Virus record (IMG/VR): IMGVR_UViG_3300027974_000023
Span: 64,826-128,825 of that record
Length of the DNA: 64,000 nucleotides
Direction: 5' to 3' (one strand)
DNA from: a virus
The translations under genes and the position numbers were made by a program. Under the pieces are notes generated by a model that saw only the letters and a list, made by a program, of their open reading frames with translations, ran no database searches and was not told the DNA's origin. Positions 19,452 to 29,388 of this stretch are shown here, in pieces (position 1 is the first letter of the stretch; each line of letters opens with the position of its first letter).

Positions 19452-20861
19452 TTAAAATGTTGGGTAGAACTTACCTGTTCCACTATTATATAATGTTGTT
19501 ATTTCTGTAGATGTTAACTCTTTACTATATGGAGTTACTTCATCAATTTTAGTTCCGTTTCCTGCGTAATATTGAAGCCCTGCCCCACTTGAATTTCTGA
19601 CACCTATATTTGTACTCATTGGAGATGTGTATGCAATAACATTTGTATCTGAATTTGAAGTTGACAATGCTCCGTTATAATAAATCTTTGTACCTACACC
19701 TGCTTTATGAGTTACCGTAACCATATACCAAGTGTTATACGGATTTGGACTTGATTCTGATAAATTAGTATATCCAGTTGGTGTACCATAACATGTTTGA
19801 ACTGTTGTACCTCCATAATTCCAAATAGAAAACCCATAAAAATTTCCACCTGTATATTGAAAGCATGTTAATAACGCTTGATTAGCACCAGTGTTAACTA
19901 TATACACCCACATATTTACAGAAAAATCACCAGTAAACGTATTAAACATATTATTTGGTAAACTTATATATGAACTTCCGTTAAATATAAAAGCATTTCC
20001 ACTCTTACCAGCACTATAAGTCAATCCACCTACTGCCGTTCCGTTGTAAACACCTAGTGAATCATTTGCTATTGTAGAATAAAAAGCATTTCCTTGGTAG
20101 AACTTGCCAGCTCCACTATTATATAAATCTGTTACTTCTGTAGAAGTTAATTCTTTTGTATTATAAAATACTACTTCATCTAAAGATGCTGAATTGAAAT
20201 ACTCATAATTAACCCCATCATATCTTTGTGCTAATAATGTTGGGTAGTGGGTAGTATCATACGCAATAGCTGTTACGTTTGAATCTGACGTTACCATTGA
20301 CCCGTCAAAATAGATTTTCCTTCCTGTTGTCGTTGAGTAAGTAAATACAAATAAGTGCCAAACATTTATGGTTAGAGCAGTAGTTAAATCATATGCCAAA
20401 GTAAGTGGTGTGCTAGTTCCATCATACTTTTGAAACCTAACCTCTGTATTATTTAAGTAGCAACCCCAACCATGTTGACGTGTAGGGCTTAGGAGTAATT
20501 TATTATTTGATACGATAGTTTTTAATCCTGCGCTTGTTGATGGAACTTTTACCCAAGCAACTACTGAGAAGTTACCTGTAAAATTTATCGCATTATTAGG
20601 TAAATTTACACACGCAGTAGTACCATTTCCTACAAAAGCATTTCCACTCTTACCAGCACTATAAGTTAATCCACCTACTGCAGTTCCATTATAAACACCT
20701 AATGAGTCATTTGCATTTGACTCACCTTTGTATACAGCATACAAATTAGTTGTTAAACTAGCTAAAGCATTAGATTCACCTTTGTATACGGCATACAAGC
20801 CAGTAAGTAATGAGCTTACTGTTGATTTTAACATTGAACTTATTAAACTATAGTAATTCAT
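19452..20861 (-). CDS. double LamG/concanavalin-like domain protein (virion adhesin candidate)
   Basis: Two FSVxxWV...WH/WY...IYxxG...DEV...LTSTE units. Confidence 0.8.
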   Translation of the reverse strand: MNYYSLISSMLKSTVSSLLTGLYAVYKGESNALASLTTNLYAVYKGESNANDSLGVYNGTAVGGLTYSAGKSGNAFVGNGTTACVNLPNNAINFTGNFSVVAWVKVPSTSAGLKTIVSNNKLLLSPTRQHGWGCYLNNTEVRFQKYDGTSTPLTLAYDLTTALTINVWHLFVFTYSTTTGRKIYFDGSMVTSDSNVTAIAYDTTHYPTLLAQRYDGVNYEYFNSASLDEVVFYNTKELTSTEVTDLYNSGAGKFYQGNAFYSTIANDSLGVYNGTAVGGLTYSAGKSGNAFIFNGSSYISLPNNMFNTFTGDFSVNMWVYIVNTGANQALLTCFQYTGGNFYGFSIWNYGGTTVQTCYGTPTGYTNLSESSPNPYNTWYMVTVTHKAGVGTKIYYNGALSTSNSDTNVIAYTSPMSTNIGVRNSSGAGLQYYAGNGTKIDEVTPYSKELTSTEITTLYNSGTGKFYPTF

Positions 20862-20862
20862 A

Positions 20863-22509
20863 TTATGCTTGCTGATTTAAACCTAAAACATCCCATTTTG
20901 CATCCGTAGAATTGTATATAATTCCAAGATACATTGTTTTACTTATTACAGTAGTAGTAGGTAAAGTTATTCCAATTGCTCTATAGTTAGTTCCAAAAGT
21001 AATTGCTCTAGCTGTAGCATTATCTTTTATTCTAATCATTAATGATTGACCTTCTACGAAAGTACCAGTAGGATTAGCAAGTGTAAGTCCAGTGGCTTGT
21101 GCTGTAATAATTACTAAATCATTTGTAGATGTAGGAGTAACCGTAGCTGAACTAGCAACTGTTTGAACTCTTGGGTTAAGTGGAGCATATACGCTTAAAT
21201 CTTGATCTCCAGTATTAGAACCAGACAAAGTTGCGATACCCAACTTAGTTTTGATAGTTGCTGTAGTTTCATCACCTGTATTACTTCCAGATAATGTTAA
21301 TCCAGAGTCTTTAATAATTTTTCCAGTAGTACCATCAAAAAATACTACATTGTTACTTACTGAAGAAGCAGGACCAGTTACAGCACCTACAATATTTTTT
21401 TGTATTACATTCCAGTATTGACCTACAGTAGCTTGATTACCTGACACAGTTCCATCTGTATTACAAATAATCATATCTCCTACCTCAACATCTGTACCGC
21501 TTGCTCCACCTATTTTACCGGCAACACTTGCAATATACATATAACCTGCATCTGCTGCAGGATAATTAGGGTTAGTTGAACAGTCAATTGTTCCTTTGTA
21601 AACTAATGCATTAGCATTGCCTAGTAAATTATCAGCATAAACCTTAACTGCATTCTGTGTTGGATATAATGTATCTGATGTACCTAATGAAGTACTAGTA
21701 GATTTATTTGCTACATTTTCCGGAGTATATCCTAGAGCAGTAGCTATTGATTTATGTTCCCATAAACTGTTAGATGAGTTATAGAACAAACCATCATTGT
21801 TAGATGCATTTAAAGCATCTACATCATGTAGTTCTCCTAATTCAAAACCATTTTGTACTTTAACAAAGATTTCTCCTACAGTAGCACTTGATCTGGTAAC
21901 AATACCAAGAAATACTAAATGTGCTGGAGCTACTGGTTTATTTGCTAAACCAAAAATTAAGTTACCATTAGTACCTAACCATACAGGATCTCCCGCATTA
22001 GCAGTACTAGTATTTAAAGGTGCACCACCTGTTCCGGTAAGTAAACCTTCAGTGATAACAAATATAATTCCATTTAATGCGGCTGAACTTGCTACAAGCC
22101 CCATTGTTTTACTTGATGTTGATTCTGATGCATTAGATGCTTTAGAAACAATCATGTTTGTACCATTTGCTGAACTAACATAAACTGCTTGTCCTTTTGT
22201 TAATGCAACTCCGGCTTTTACTTCATGTTGTACTGTACTAGTGTAGTTACTTATCCATTCTACATCATAATCAGTACCACTTGCTTTTGCTAAAATATCT
22301 CCTGTTGCTCCACCAGTTGGTAAGTTTCCACTTCCACCTAATGCAATCCAAGATGTTCCATTTGAATAATAATATTGGTCAGACCAATACACTATTCTTT
22401 TAGTATTAGCACTTGCTAAATTGGATGTAATATCTAATGTATCCGCTTTTAAGTTATTGATGTTATTCCCTTGCAAGTTAACATCAACAAAAAACTTCTT
22501 CTCTGCCAT
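20863..22509 (-). CDS. tail fibre / virion protein
   Basis: Start reassigned to MAEKKFFVD; ELGELHDV, FDGTTGKIIKDSG, SGSNTGD repeats. Confidence 0.7.
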   Translation of the reverse strand: MAEKKFFVDVNLQGNNINNLKADTLDITSNLASANTKRIVYWSDQYYYSNGTSWIALGGSGNLPTGGATGDILAKASGTDYDVEWISNYTSTVQHEVKAGVALTKGQAVYVSSANGTNMIVSKASNASESTSSKTMGLVASSAALNGIIFVITEGLLTGTGGAPLNTSTANAGDPVWLGTNGNLIFGLANKPVAPAHLVFLGIVTRSSATVGEIFVKVQNGFELGELHDVDALNASNNDGLFYNSSNSLWEHKSIATALGYTPENVANKSTSTSLGTSDTLYPTQNAVKVYADNLLGNANALVYKGTIDCSTNPNYPAADAGYMYIASVAGKIGGASGTDVEVGDMIICNTDGTVSGNQATVGQYWNVIQKNIVGAVTGPASSVSNNVVFFDGTTGKIIKDSGLTLSGSNTGDETTATIKTKLGIATLSGSNTGDQDLSVYAPLNPRVQTVASSATVTPTSTNDLVIITAQATGLTLANPTGTFVEGQSLMIRIKDNATARAITFGTNYRAIGITLPTTTVISKTMYLGIIYNSTDAKWDVLGLNQQA

Positions 22510-22591
22510 ATTATTATTTTTTACAAATATAGTAAATTTAAAAAAACCCACCCCTATTATGGAGTGGGTTAAAAAAAATCCTAAACTTTAT

Positions 22592-23740
22592 TTATTTAGA
22601 AACTCTAACATTAACCTCTGTAGATGGTAATACATTAGAATAAATTTGAATTAAATTAGGTAACATACTTATTACCTCAAACTCTGCAATTTTATATTCT
22701 CCTGTAACAGCTCGTAAATAAGTTGTTACATTAGGACTAACTACGTTTAAATTATGAGTAACACTAACACTGTATATACCACCACCAGCTTCCCAATCTT
22801 CTGGTGCAAGAGTTTGTAAAAAAGCTAAAGCAGCAATTTCTGTATCAGTATAAGCATTAGCATTAGTTAATGCTTGAGCAGCAGAACCAGCAGCGTCATA
22901 GTTAGGAGCTAATGAATCAGCATAAGCTTCAGCATTTGCTTGTGCAGTTGAAGCAGCATCATCAACATATAGTTTGTTAGTAGCTTGTCCATCTAGGAAT
23001 GGAGTGGCTAAATTAACTATATTATGATTCGCTAAGTTTAAATCAGTATCTACATAAATATTACCAATACCATCTTTATCAATAAGAGTACTTATTTGTA
23101 CTTCTGAAAATGTACCAATAGCAACATTACTAATGTCATTGAATCCCATGTCAATGCTACCAGTCATAGTACCACCTGCTAGTGGTAGTTTGCTAGAAAT
23201 CTCAGGAGTAATTTGAGCATCAATTTTACCTTGTAATGTAGCTGGAGTAATAACAACTGCACCACCTTCTGTACCATCATTAGCTTCAGTTTGTGTAGCT
23301 AAACGAGAAATACCGTCAACTGTTTCTGTTGCAATAACTACGTTACCTTGTAAGATTAACCAGTCTGCAATTGTTGCACCAGCATTATCAACTTTAGCAA
23401 CAATTGAATCACCAACTTGTACTGACTCTCCTAAAAAAGTACCTGCTGCAGTTACTGCCCAAAAGAAACCTTTTAATGCTGATCCATCAGTAATATCAGG
23501 AGTGTTTGTTGTTGGATCATAACCACCTTGAAAAATCAAACCACCTGTTACTGCAGCAATATCAGATAAGTTAGCTACTTCTTTAGTAGCAGTACCATCA
23601 AAATATTGTAATCTATGTGCTGCTGAATCATATCCAAAAGCACCTTCCGTTGAACCAATACCTGAATTAGTTCCAATTTTTGCATTTGTTAATGCACTAC
23701 CTTGTAGATTAATGTCTACAAAAAACTTTTTTTCTGCCAT
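22592..23740 (-). CDS. tail fibre / virion protein
   Basis: MAEKKFFVD N-terminus; RLATQTE, KLPLAGGTMTG, ATNKLYVD fibre motifs. Confidence 0.7.
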   Translation of the reverse strand: MAEKKFFVDINLQGSALTNAKIGTNSGIGSTEGAFGYDSAAHRLQYFDGTATKEVANLSDIAAVTGGLIFQGGYDPTTNTPDITDGSALKGFFWAVTAAGTFLGESVQVGDSIVAKVDNAGATIADWLILQGNVVIATETVDGISRLATQTEANDGTEGGAVVITPATLQGKIDAQITPEISSKLPLAGGTMTGSIDMGFNDISNVAIGTFSEVQISTLIDKDGIGNIYVDTDLNLANHNIVNLATPFLDGQATNKLYVDDAASTAQANAEAYADSLAPNYDAAGSAAQALTNANAYTDTEIAALAFLQTLAPEDWEAGGGIYSVSVTHNLNVVSPNVTTYLRAVTGEYKIAEFEVISMLPNLIQIYSNVLPSTEVNVRVSK

Positions 23741-23796
23741 TTTGTTTTGTTTTTAGTTTAAATTTAAGTTATAATATAATATACAATTTTATTTTA

Positions 23797-24048
23797 TTAA
23801 TTACAATAAACATATCCAGAAACTGGAATATTAAATGTTATGTTTACAGTGTTGTTATTTATCCAGTCAATCTGAGCAATGATTTCATTCTTATCCTCAT
23901 CAACTACCTGCACAGAACATTTAGTATTTAGATTATGATTAACAACCCATGTAGTTTCTGGAACAGATTGAGTGTGTACATAACTTATGTCTTGAAGTGA
24001 GTTTACAAGATCAAACTCACCAGATACCGGATTGTATTTATTTTTCAT
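23797..24048 (-). CDS. small virion beta-domain protein
   Basis: YVHTQ...WVVNHNLN...VQVVD motif. Confidence 0.6.
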   Translation of the reverse strand: MKNKYNPVSGEFDLVNSLQDISYVHTQSVPETTWVVNHNLNTKCSVQVVDEDKNEIIAQIDWINNNTVNITFNIPVSGYVYCN

Positions 24049-24050
24049 AA

Positions 24051-24416
24051 TTATGAGTATTGAATTTCTGTTACATTTCTGTTTTCATCATAACTGAGTG
24101 TTTCAATGATAGTTTCTACACCATACTCAGTAGTTCCAGTATGAGTAACACTTGTTACATCATTATTAACATTGTAAGCTAAAACTCTATTATAATTTGC
24201 TGATCCTTGAATCCTGCCTATTTTAGATATAGAATTTTTCTTAATTATTTCTACATATGCCTCAACTAGTAAAAGAGTTGTTTCTGTAGCTGCCCCACCA
24301 GGAGGTGCAATACCAGAAATACCATCTACTATTTGCTGAAGACCTAGTAATGTTTTCATTTGATATGGGAAATTATTTCCTTGATTTCCTGTATCCTTTA
24401 AGTTTCCTATTGACAT
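24051..24416 (-). CDS. putative structural protein
   Basis: ORF track; GAATETTL motif. Confidence 0.5.
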   Translation of the reverse strand: MSIGNLKDTGNQGNNFPYQMKTLLGLQQIVDGISGIAPPGGAATETTLLLVEAYVEIIKKNSISKIGRIQGSANYNRVLAYNVNNDVTSVTHTGTTEYGVETIIETLSYDENRNVTEIQYS

Positions 24417-24432
24417 TATTTTTATTTTTTAA

Positions 24433-25578
24433 TTAAACTGTTGTAAATGATGTATCAACTGGAATAAGACCAGCACCAATAACCGCATCAACTTTATCTG
24501 TAAACGCTCCTGGGTAATATGCATTATAAGCATAAAAAAAAGCTGTTCCTAAAATACCATGTACAGCACGTGAATTAATATTAGCAGAGCTTACTTGAAA
24601 TAAAGATTGTCCAACATTAGCTACACTTCCTATATCATGTAACCAAATACCATAACAAGCAGTTGATCCAAATAAATTAGAAATACTAGATTGTGTTACA
24701 GATAAAATACCTGTACCATAAACTTCTAAGCAAGCTTCATTTTTTGCATTTAATTGAGATTGTACAAATGCTAATGTAGCTCCTGTTTGTACAACAGCTA
24801 CTTTTGTTGCACCAGATGTATCTACAAATGTAAAATCAGCAGATCCTTTTATTATATTAAAACAATATATATTACCCGATCCAGTATGACTTATTTTAAT
24901 TTGTGTACCATAACATCTAGATTTAAAACCATCAGATATTCTTACTCCTGTATTATTACATAAAATTCCTGTACCTGTACCACCTACTTGTATCCAAATA
25001 TTTTCTAAAGAAAGTCTTTGAGCATTTGATCCTGTAAATACTATACCATTATTACTTCCATTAGGTAATACTGTAATACCTTGAATAGAAAAATGATTAT
25101 TATCTAAAGCACTTGCCGATGTATCATCACCATTTACAGTAATGGTACCTATTAAATAAATAGGATTAGCTATACTTCCATTCTCACCTACTAAAAATAT
25201 ATGACCTTTTGTTAAAGTTACATCTTCAGTAACAGCTCCTTGTAATCTAATAAAAGCTGGATTAAGTTCAGTAGCTATAGTAACACCTTCAGCAATTAAA
25301 TTATTAATTGCAGTTTGTGCTGCACTAATAGTTTTAAATGGAGTAATGATACTACCATTAGCTACATAACTATCAGTTCTGTTAGGATCTACAAAAAATT
25401 GATTTGTTGGTTCATATAAAATATTGTTTGCAAAATCTTCTACAGTCATTGCAACAGCTAAATAACCATCATCTCTTTTAGAATCATTAATTGCTATAGG
25501 TAATAAAACTTTAGAAGAATTAAAAGTTTTTACAACTCTACCTTCTTTAATCCAACTTATAAAATTTAGAATATCCAT
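24433..25578 (-). CDS. beta-helix-like virion protein (tailspike candidate)
   Basis: GSIITPFKTISAA followed by beta-helix-like repeats. Confidence 0.55.
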   Translation of the reverse strand: MDILNFISWIKEGRVVKTFNSSKVLLPIAINDSKRDDGYLAVAMTVEDFANNILYEPTNQFFVDPNRTDSYVANGSIITPFKTISAAQTAINNLIAEGVTIATELNPAFIRLQGAVTEDVTLTKGHIFLVGENGSIANPIYLIGTITVNGDDTSASALDNNHFSIQGITVLPNGSNNGIVFTGSNAQRLSLENIWIQVGGTGTGILCNNTGVRISDGFKSRCYGTQIKISHTGSGNIYCFNIIKGSADFTFVDTSGATKVAVVQTGATLAFVQSQLNAKNEACLEVYGTGILSVTQSSISNLFGSTACYGIWLHDIGSVANVGQSLFQVSSANINSRAVHGILGTAFFYAYNAYYPGAFTDKVDAVIGAGLIPVDTSFTTV

Positions 25579-25677
25579 AATAAATATTTAGGCTATATAT
25601 TAATATAACTAAAAAAAATCACATAAACAAAAAAACCCTAGAAGTTAATCCAGGGTTTAAGATGTTTGCTGTAGGAA

Positions 25678-25842
25678 TTACTCAGTTACTAATTCCGGAA
25701 TAGAAGCTTTTACTTCTTCTAAGTTACGGAAAGTACTTACTGCTAATAATACTTTATTAACATCTGGTAAAGAATACACACCTTTTAAGTTAGCAAGGTT
25801 TAATGCTTGTTCAATTACATTTAATGCTTCAGCTGGAGTCAT
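25678..25842 (-). CDS. small hypothetical protein (54 aa)
   Basis: Manual translation MTPAEALNVIEQALNLANLKGVYSL... Confidence 0.55.
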   Translation of the reverse strand: MTPAEALNVIEQALNLANLKGVYSLPDVNKVLLAVSTFRNLEEVKASIPELVTE

Positions 25843-25894
25843 AATTAAATTTTTTTGGTTTATATTATTTTCTGTAAATATAATAAATTTAAAT

Positions 25895-26131
25895 TTATTT
25901 TATAGCTTCTAGTTCACTTTTTTGTGCTGGAGTTAATGCATTTGCAAACCATTCTTTACCTAACATGATTGCAATGTGATCTACATTACGTTTTACTGTA
26001 GCTGTTTCTTCTTCAGATAATGTTCTTTTTCTTTTTAACTCTGCAATTAATTTTACACTATCATAAGCTGCTAACACAGACTTTGCTGCTTGCTCAACTG
26101 TTACTTCTTCTTTAAATTGTTCTACTGACAT
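25895..26131 (-). CDS. small helical protein (possible fibre chaperone)
   Basis: ORF track; follows adhesin-like gene. Confidence 0.45.
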   Translation of the reverse strand: MSVEQFKEEVTVEQAAKSVLAAYDSVKLIAELKRKRTLSEEETATVKRNVDHIAIMLGKEWFANALTPAQKSELEAIK

Positions 26132-26154
26132 TTTAGTTTAATTTTAAATTATTA

Positions 26155-26952
26155 CTAAGCTAATAAAATTTTTCTATCTACACCATTGATTCTAACATTC
26201 CATACTTTACTTGAAGTATTTACTTCATTTGTTACAGAACCTGCATTGTTTGTACTTGAACCAACTACAAATTGATTTGTTGTTGATGATGATGCATTAA
26301 TACCAATTACAATTGAATTTTCATGATTTGCCCTTGCGTTTGAACCAATTGATATTGTAAAACTTGATGTATCAGAACCAGAACCAGCTCTAGAACCTAT
26401 TGCTGTATTCTCAGATCCAGTAGTATTATTTCTTAATGCCCACCAACCTAACGCAACATTATTAGAACCAACAGTATTGGTATAAAATGCTCCTTGACCT
26501 ATTGCTACATTAATTGAACCTGTTGTAGTATCATAGCCACAAAGAGCTCCCATAATAATGTTTCCGCTACTTGTTGTATTAGCTGCTAATGTATTTTGCC
26601 CAATTGCTATATTTGTTGAACTATTAACACCACCAGGTAATGCGTTGTGTCCAATTGCTATATTATTACTACTACCACTTGTAAAACTTACTCCAGAACC
26701 AGAACCAATTGAAACATTAGCAAGAAAATTACTATCTGCATTAATCCCTGTATTGTAACCAATATTAACATTTTGATCAGCTGCATAAGTTGTAATAAAA
26801 GTGCTTGCAAAATCAGCTACAGTAATTCCTAATATGTTACCTTGTAAGCTAGTACCTATTGATAAAGGTAATACAGCATTATCTGGTACATTTGTAATAA
26901 TGTTTTGGGACGTTATAGGGTACCCAAAATTAATTTGTCCTTTAAAACTCAT
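26155..26952 (-). CDS. YadA-head-like repeat fibre protein
   Basis: Repeated NxAIGxxAL/NTTG units. Confidence 0.7.
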   Translation of the reverse strand: MSFKGQINFGYPITSQNIITNVPDNAVLPLSIGTSLQGNILGITVADFASTFITTYAADQNVNIGYNTGINADSNFLANVSIGSGSGVSFTSGSSNNIAIGHNALPGGVNSSTNIAIGQNTLAANTTSSGNIIMGALCGYDTTTGSINVAIGQGAFYTNTVGSNNVALGWWALRNNTTGSENTAIGSRAGSGSDTSSFTISIGSNARANHENSIVIGINASSSTTNQFVVGSSTNNAGSVTNEVNTSSKVWNVRINGVDRKILLA

Positions 26953-26964
26953 ATCTATAATTTA

Positions 26965-27258
26965 TTAGTTCATTGCTTGCCATGCTGAGCCATTGTATAC
27001 TTTAGCCTTATTTAATGTAGTATCAAAATACATTTGACCTTTTTCAGCAGTAACAACTACAGCATTAACAGCAGCATCATTTGTATAATTTGGTAACTTA
27101 GGAACAGTTGGTAAAAGAACAGATCTTTTAACAGCAACTGTTAAATACTTATCATCTCTGTTTGGATCAGGTTCACCTACCGCAATTAATGCATTGTCAC
27201 TTACTGATGTAACTACTCTATTTTGTTTAGTCCAGCTAAACCAATTTAATATGTCCAT
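26965..27258 (-). CDS. short virion protein
   Basis: MDILNW...RDDKYL N-terminus; GQMYFDTTLNKAKVYNGSAW. Confidence 0.6.
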   Translation of the reverse strand: MDILNWFSWTKQNRVVTSVSDNALIAVGEPDPNRDDKYLTVAVKRSVLLPTVPKLPNYTNDAAVNAVVVTAEKGQMYFDTTLNKAKVYNGSAWQAMN

Positions 27259-27361
27259 GATTTTTTATTTTATTATAAATACTATTAATAATATACAAAA
27301 AAATTTCCACAAAAAAAAGCCCTTAGTAAACTAAGGACTTGATTTCTTTGGCAAGAACTAA

Positions 27362-27553
27362 TTACATATGTAGTCCAAGAATAAATGCCATGATTAACAT
27401 TACTGTTACAATAGCATTTGCCATAAGGATACTATCCTTATCTTCATTCCATACATTGTGCATTCTACTATAGACAGGTTTTCTTAACTTATCTTGTAAT
27501 TGAAATAACACAATCAGGACTATAATTCCCATTATGTAAAAGGCTGTTTTCAT
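27362..27553 (-). CDS. small membrane protein
   Basis: Two hydrophobic segments. Confidence 0.5.
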   Translation of the reverse strand: MKTAFYIMGIIVLIVLFQLQDKLRKPVYSRMHNVWNEDKDSILMANAIVTVMLIMAFILGLHM

Positions 27554-27909
27554 AAACTATCAATTCTTCTCCGCAAATATACTAAAGCTTTTTGTAAATC
27601 TTCCTTTTCTTTAGCAGGATTTTTCTTTCCCGCGCGCGCAACGTACTTAATTACATTACCGAGATAAAAGTCTTTATCTAAGTTCCACGCTTCTAATACT
27701 GCAAATACTTCGTAAGGATTATCAGCTCCACCATAATGCGCTGGTCTGATAGCTTCCATCTTTTCACAAAAGAGTTGTGCGGTAGGAGCAGGTTGTGGGT
27801 TAGTTACTACATGTAAACTATTTGCACTCCTAACTGCTTCCTCAGCTCTTTCCTTCAGCAACTCATTACGCTGCTTGTTTATATAAGTGTCATAATCAGC
27901 TGTTACCAT
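27550..27909 (-). CDS. DUF3310-like phage protein
   Basis: RPAHYGG...FYLGNVIKYVARAGKK...EDLQKA. Confidence 0.8.
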   Translation of the reverse strand: MVTADYDTYINKQRNELLKERAEEAVRSANSLHVVTNPQPAPTAQLFCEKMEAIRPAHYGGADNPYEVFAVLEAWNLDKDFYLGNVIKYVARAGKKNPAKEKEDLQKALVYLRRRIDSL

Positions 27910-27910
27910 C

Positions 27911-28186
27911 TTAGTACTTAAATGCTATGTCAAACTCTTTTACTAATAGTTTCATCTCTGTACCTACTATGATCTTCTCAGCAGACTCCAATCCAAAAGC
28001 TTGTACATATACTTTGTCACCCACCTTTACTTTCTCTACCTCATCTCCAATTGCAAAGATCTCAAGCTCTGTCCATTTTTTAACAGCTTCTTTCTCGCGC
28101 TCTGCTTCTTGAGCTGGGCTTAATTCAATCACCGGTTTCTCAATCACCGGGATGTTAATCAAAATTCTTTTTCCGAATAGTTCCAT
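27911..28186 (-). CDS. groES: GroES-like co-chaperonin
   Basis: LFGKRILI, FAIGDEVEKVKVGDKV, LLVKEFDI. Confidence 0.65.
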   Translation of the reverse strand: MELFGKRILINIPVIEKPVIELSPAQEAEREKEAVKKWTELEIFAIGDEVEKVKVGDKVYVQAFGLESAEKIIVGTEMKLLVKEFDIAFKY

Positions 28187-28194
28187 TTTTCTTT

Positions 28195-28395
28195 TTATTT
28201 ATTATTTAATTGTTTTGCAATATACTCAATACATCCATATTCTGCTTCTTCATAGCTATCATATTTGGCACCTATAACTGAAAGTGCTTTTTCATCAGGT
28301 TTATAATATACTTTATAACCCCATTGGTTGTCACCATCTAAGGTTATTAAACCTATCCAACCAAATTCTTTTCTGAATAATTTTAATGTATGCAT
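28195..28395 (-). CDS. hypothetical protein
   Basis: ORF track. Confidence 0.5.
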   Translation of the reverse strand: MHTLKLFRKEFGWIGLITLDGDNQWGYKVYYKPDEKALSVIGAKYDSYEEAEYGCIEYIAKQLNNK

Positions 28396-28676
28396 TATTT
28401 AAACGTGATTACTTTTACTACTGCCATTTGTGCACTTACTAATTCCCCAATTGCATGATCAAATAGCAAACTCTTTAAAGCGCTGCTATCAGTGGTTGAG
28501 TAGTTATCTTTAAGAATGTTTGCTGCTTCTGCAAATAACTCTTTTACTTTAGCTACCTCATCATCATTAGAAGGATTAAATTCAATACCTACTAATTTCT
28601 CACCAAATGAAAGCACCTTAGCTTCATTCAGTTTAATATCCGTAGCTGGGATATCTATTATTGATTTCTCACTCAT
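28395..28676 (-). CDS. Acb2/Tad1-like helical-hairpin protein
   Basis: VGIEFNPS...VAKVK...AQMAVVKVIT pattern. Confidence 0.5.
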   Translation of the reverse strand: MSEKSIIDIPATDIKLNEAKVLSFGEKLVGIEFNPSNDDEVAKVKELFAEAANILKDNYSTTDSSALKSLLFDHAIGELVSAQMAVVKVITFK

Positions 28677-28766
28677 TACTTATATTTTTTAATTGTTACT
28701 GCTAAGCTTTGCAACCATCCTTTCAAAGCTTCAATCTTACTTTTGTTACTTGTTTTACTCATCTTC

Positions 28767-29183
28767 TTATTTATTAAATTTAGATAATAATTCTGATATT
28801 ACATAACCACCTGCTTCCAATAACTCTCTGTATTTTTTAAAAGAAACTAGTTCTTCTTCTGATATACTAGCCAGAAATTCTTCATCAGCAAATAGCTTTC
28901 TTATATTTACTAGTTTCATTGTAATATCTCCAAAGTCATTTGCAATATTTTCTTGATATGGTTTTAAATTTTCAAGATTGCTACGGTCAACTTTTAAGAA
29001 ATCAACTTTAGGGGTAAATTTCATATGACATGATTTACTAGTAGCAGGATAAGAATCTAAACCTGTACTTAAATCAGTAATATGATATCTATCACCAATT
29101 ATTGTAACTTCAACAGTTGTTATTCCTACAGCAACATGTTTATTAGGTGTCAATGTTTTTTCAAATTCTTTAGTATCCATCAT
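28767..29183 (-). CDS. hypothetical protein
   Basis: ORF track. Confidence 0.5.
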   Translation of the reverse strand: MMDTKEFEKTLTPNKHVAVGITTVEVTIIGDRYHITDLSTGLDSYPATSKSCHMKFTPKVDFLKVDRSNLENLKPYQENIANDFGDITMKLVNIRKLFADEEFLASISEEELVSFKKYRELLEAGGYVISELLSKFNK

Positions 29184-29388
29184 TGTTTGTTTTTGGAATT
29201 CCTATTGCTATGTAAATTCTTGGTTTATACTCTTCAAAACTTCCCGGATGAATACTCATCTTTTTATTTCTAGCCATTTGTTTAATCTTACTAAAAGCAT
29301 GTTTACGATCTCTACAAGCTAGAACAAAATATGTTCTCCTATGAGCAGGAATCAAACAACATGTTGCCAAATCACTTCTCTCTGGCAT
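29170..29388 (-). CDS. hypothetical protein
   Basis: ORF track; overlaps neighbours. Confidence 0.45.
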   Translation of the reverse strand: MPERSDLATCCLIPAHRRTYFVLACRDRKHAFSKIKQMARNKKMSIHPGSFEEYKPRIYIAIGIPKTNNDGY

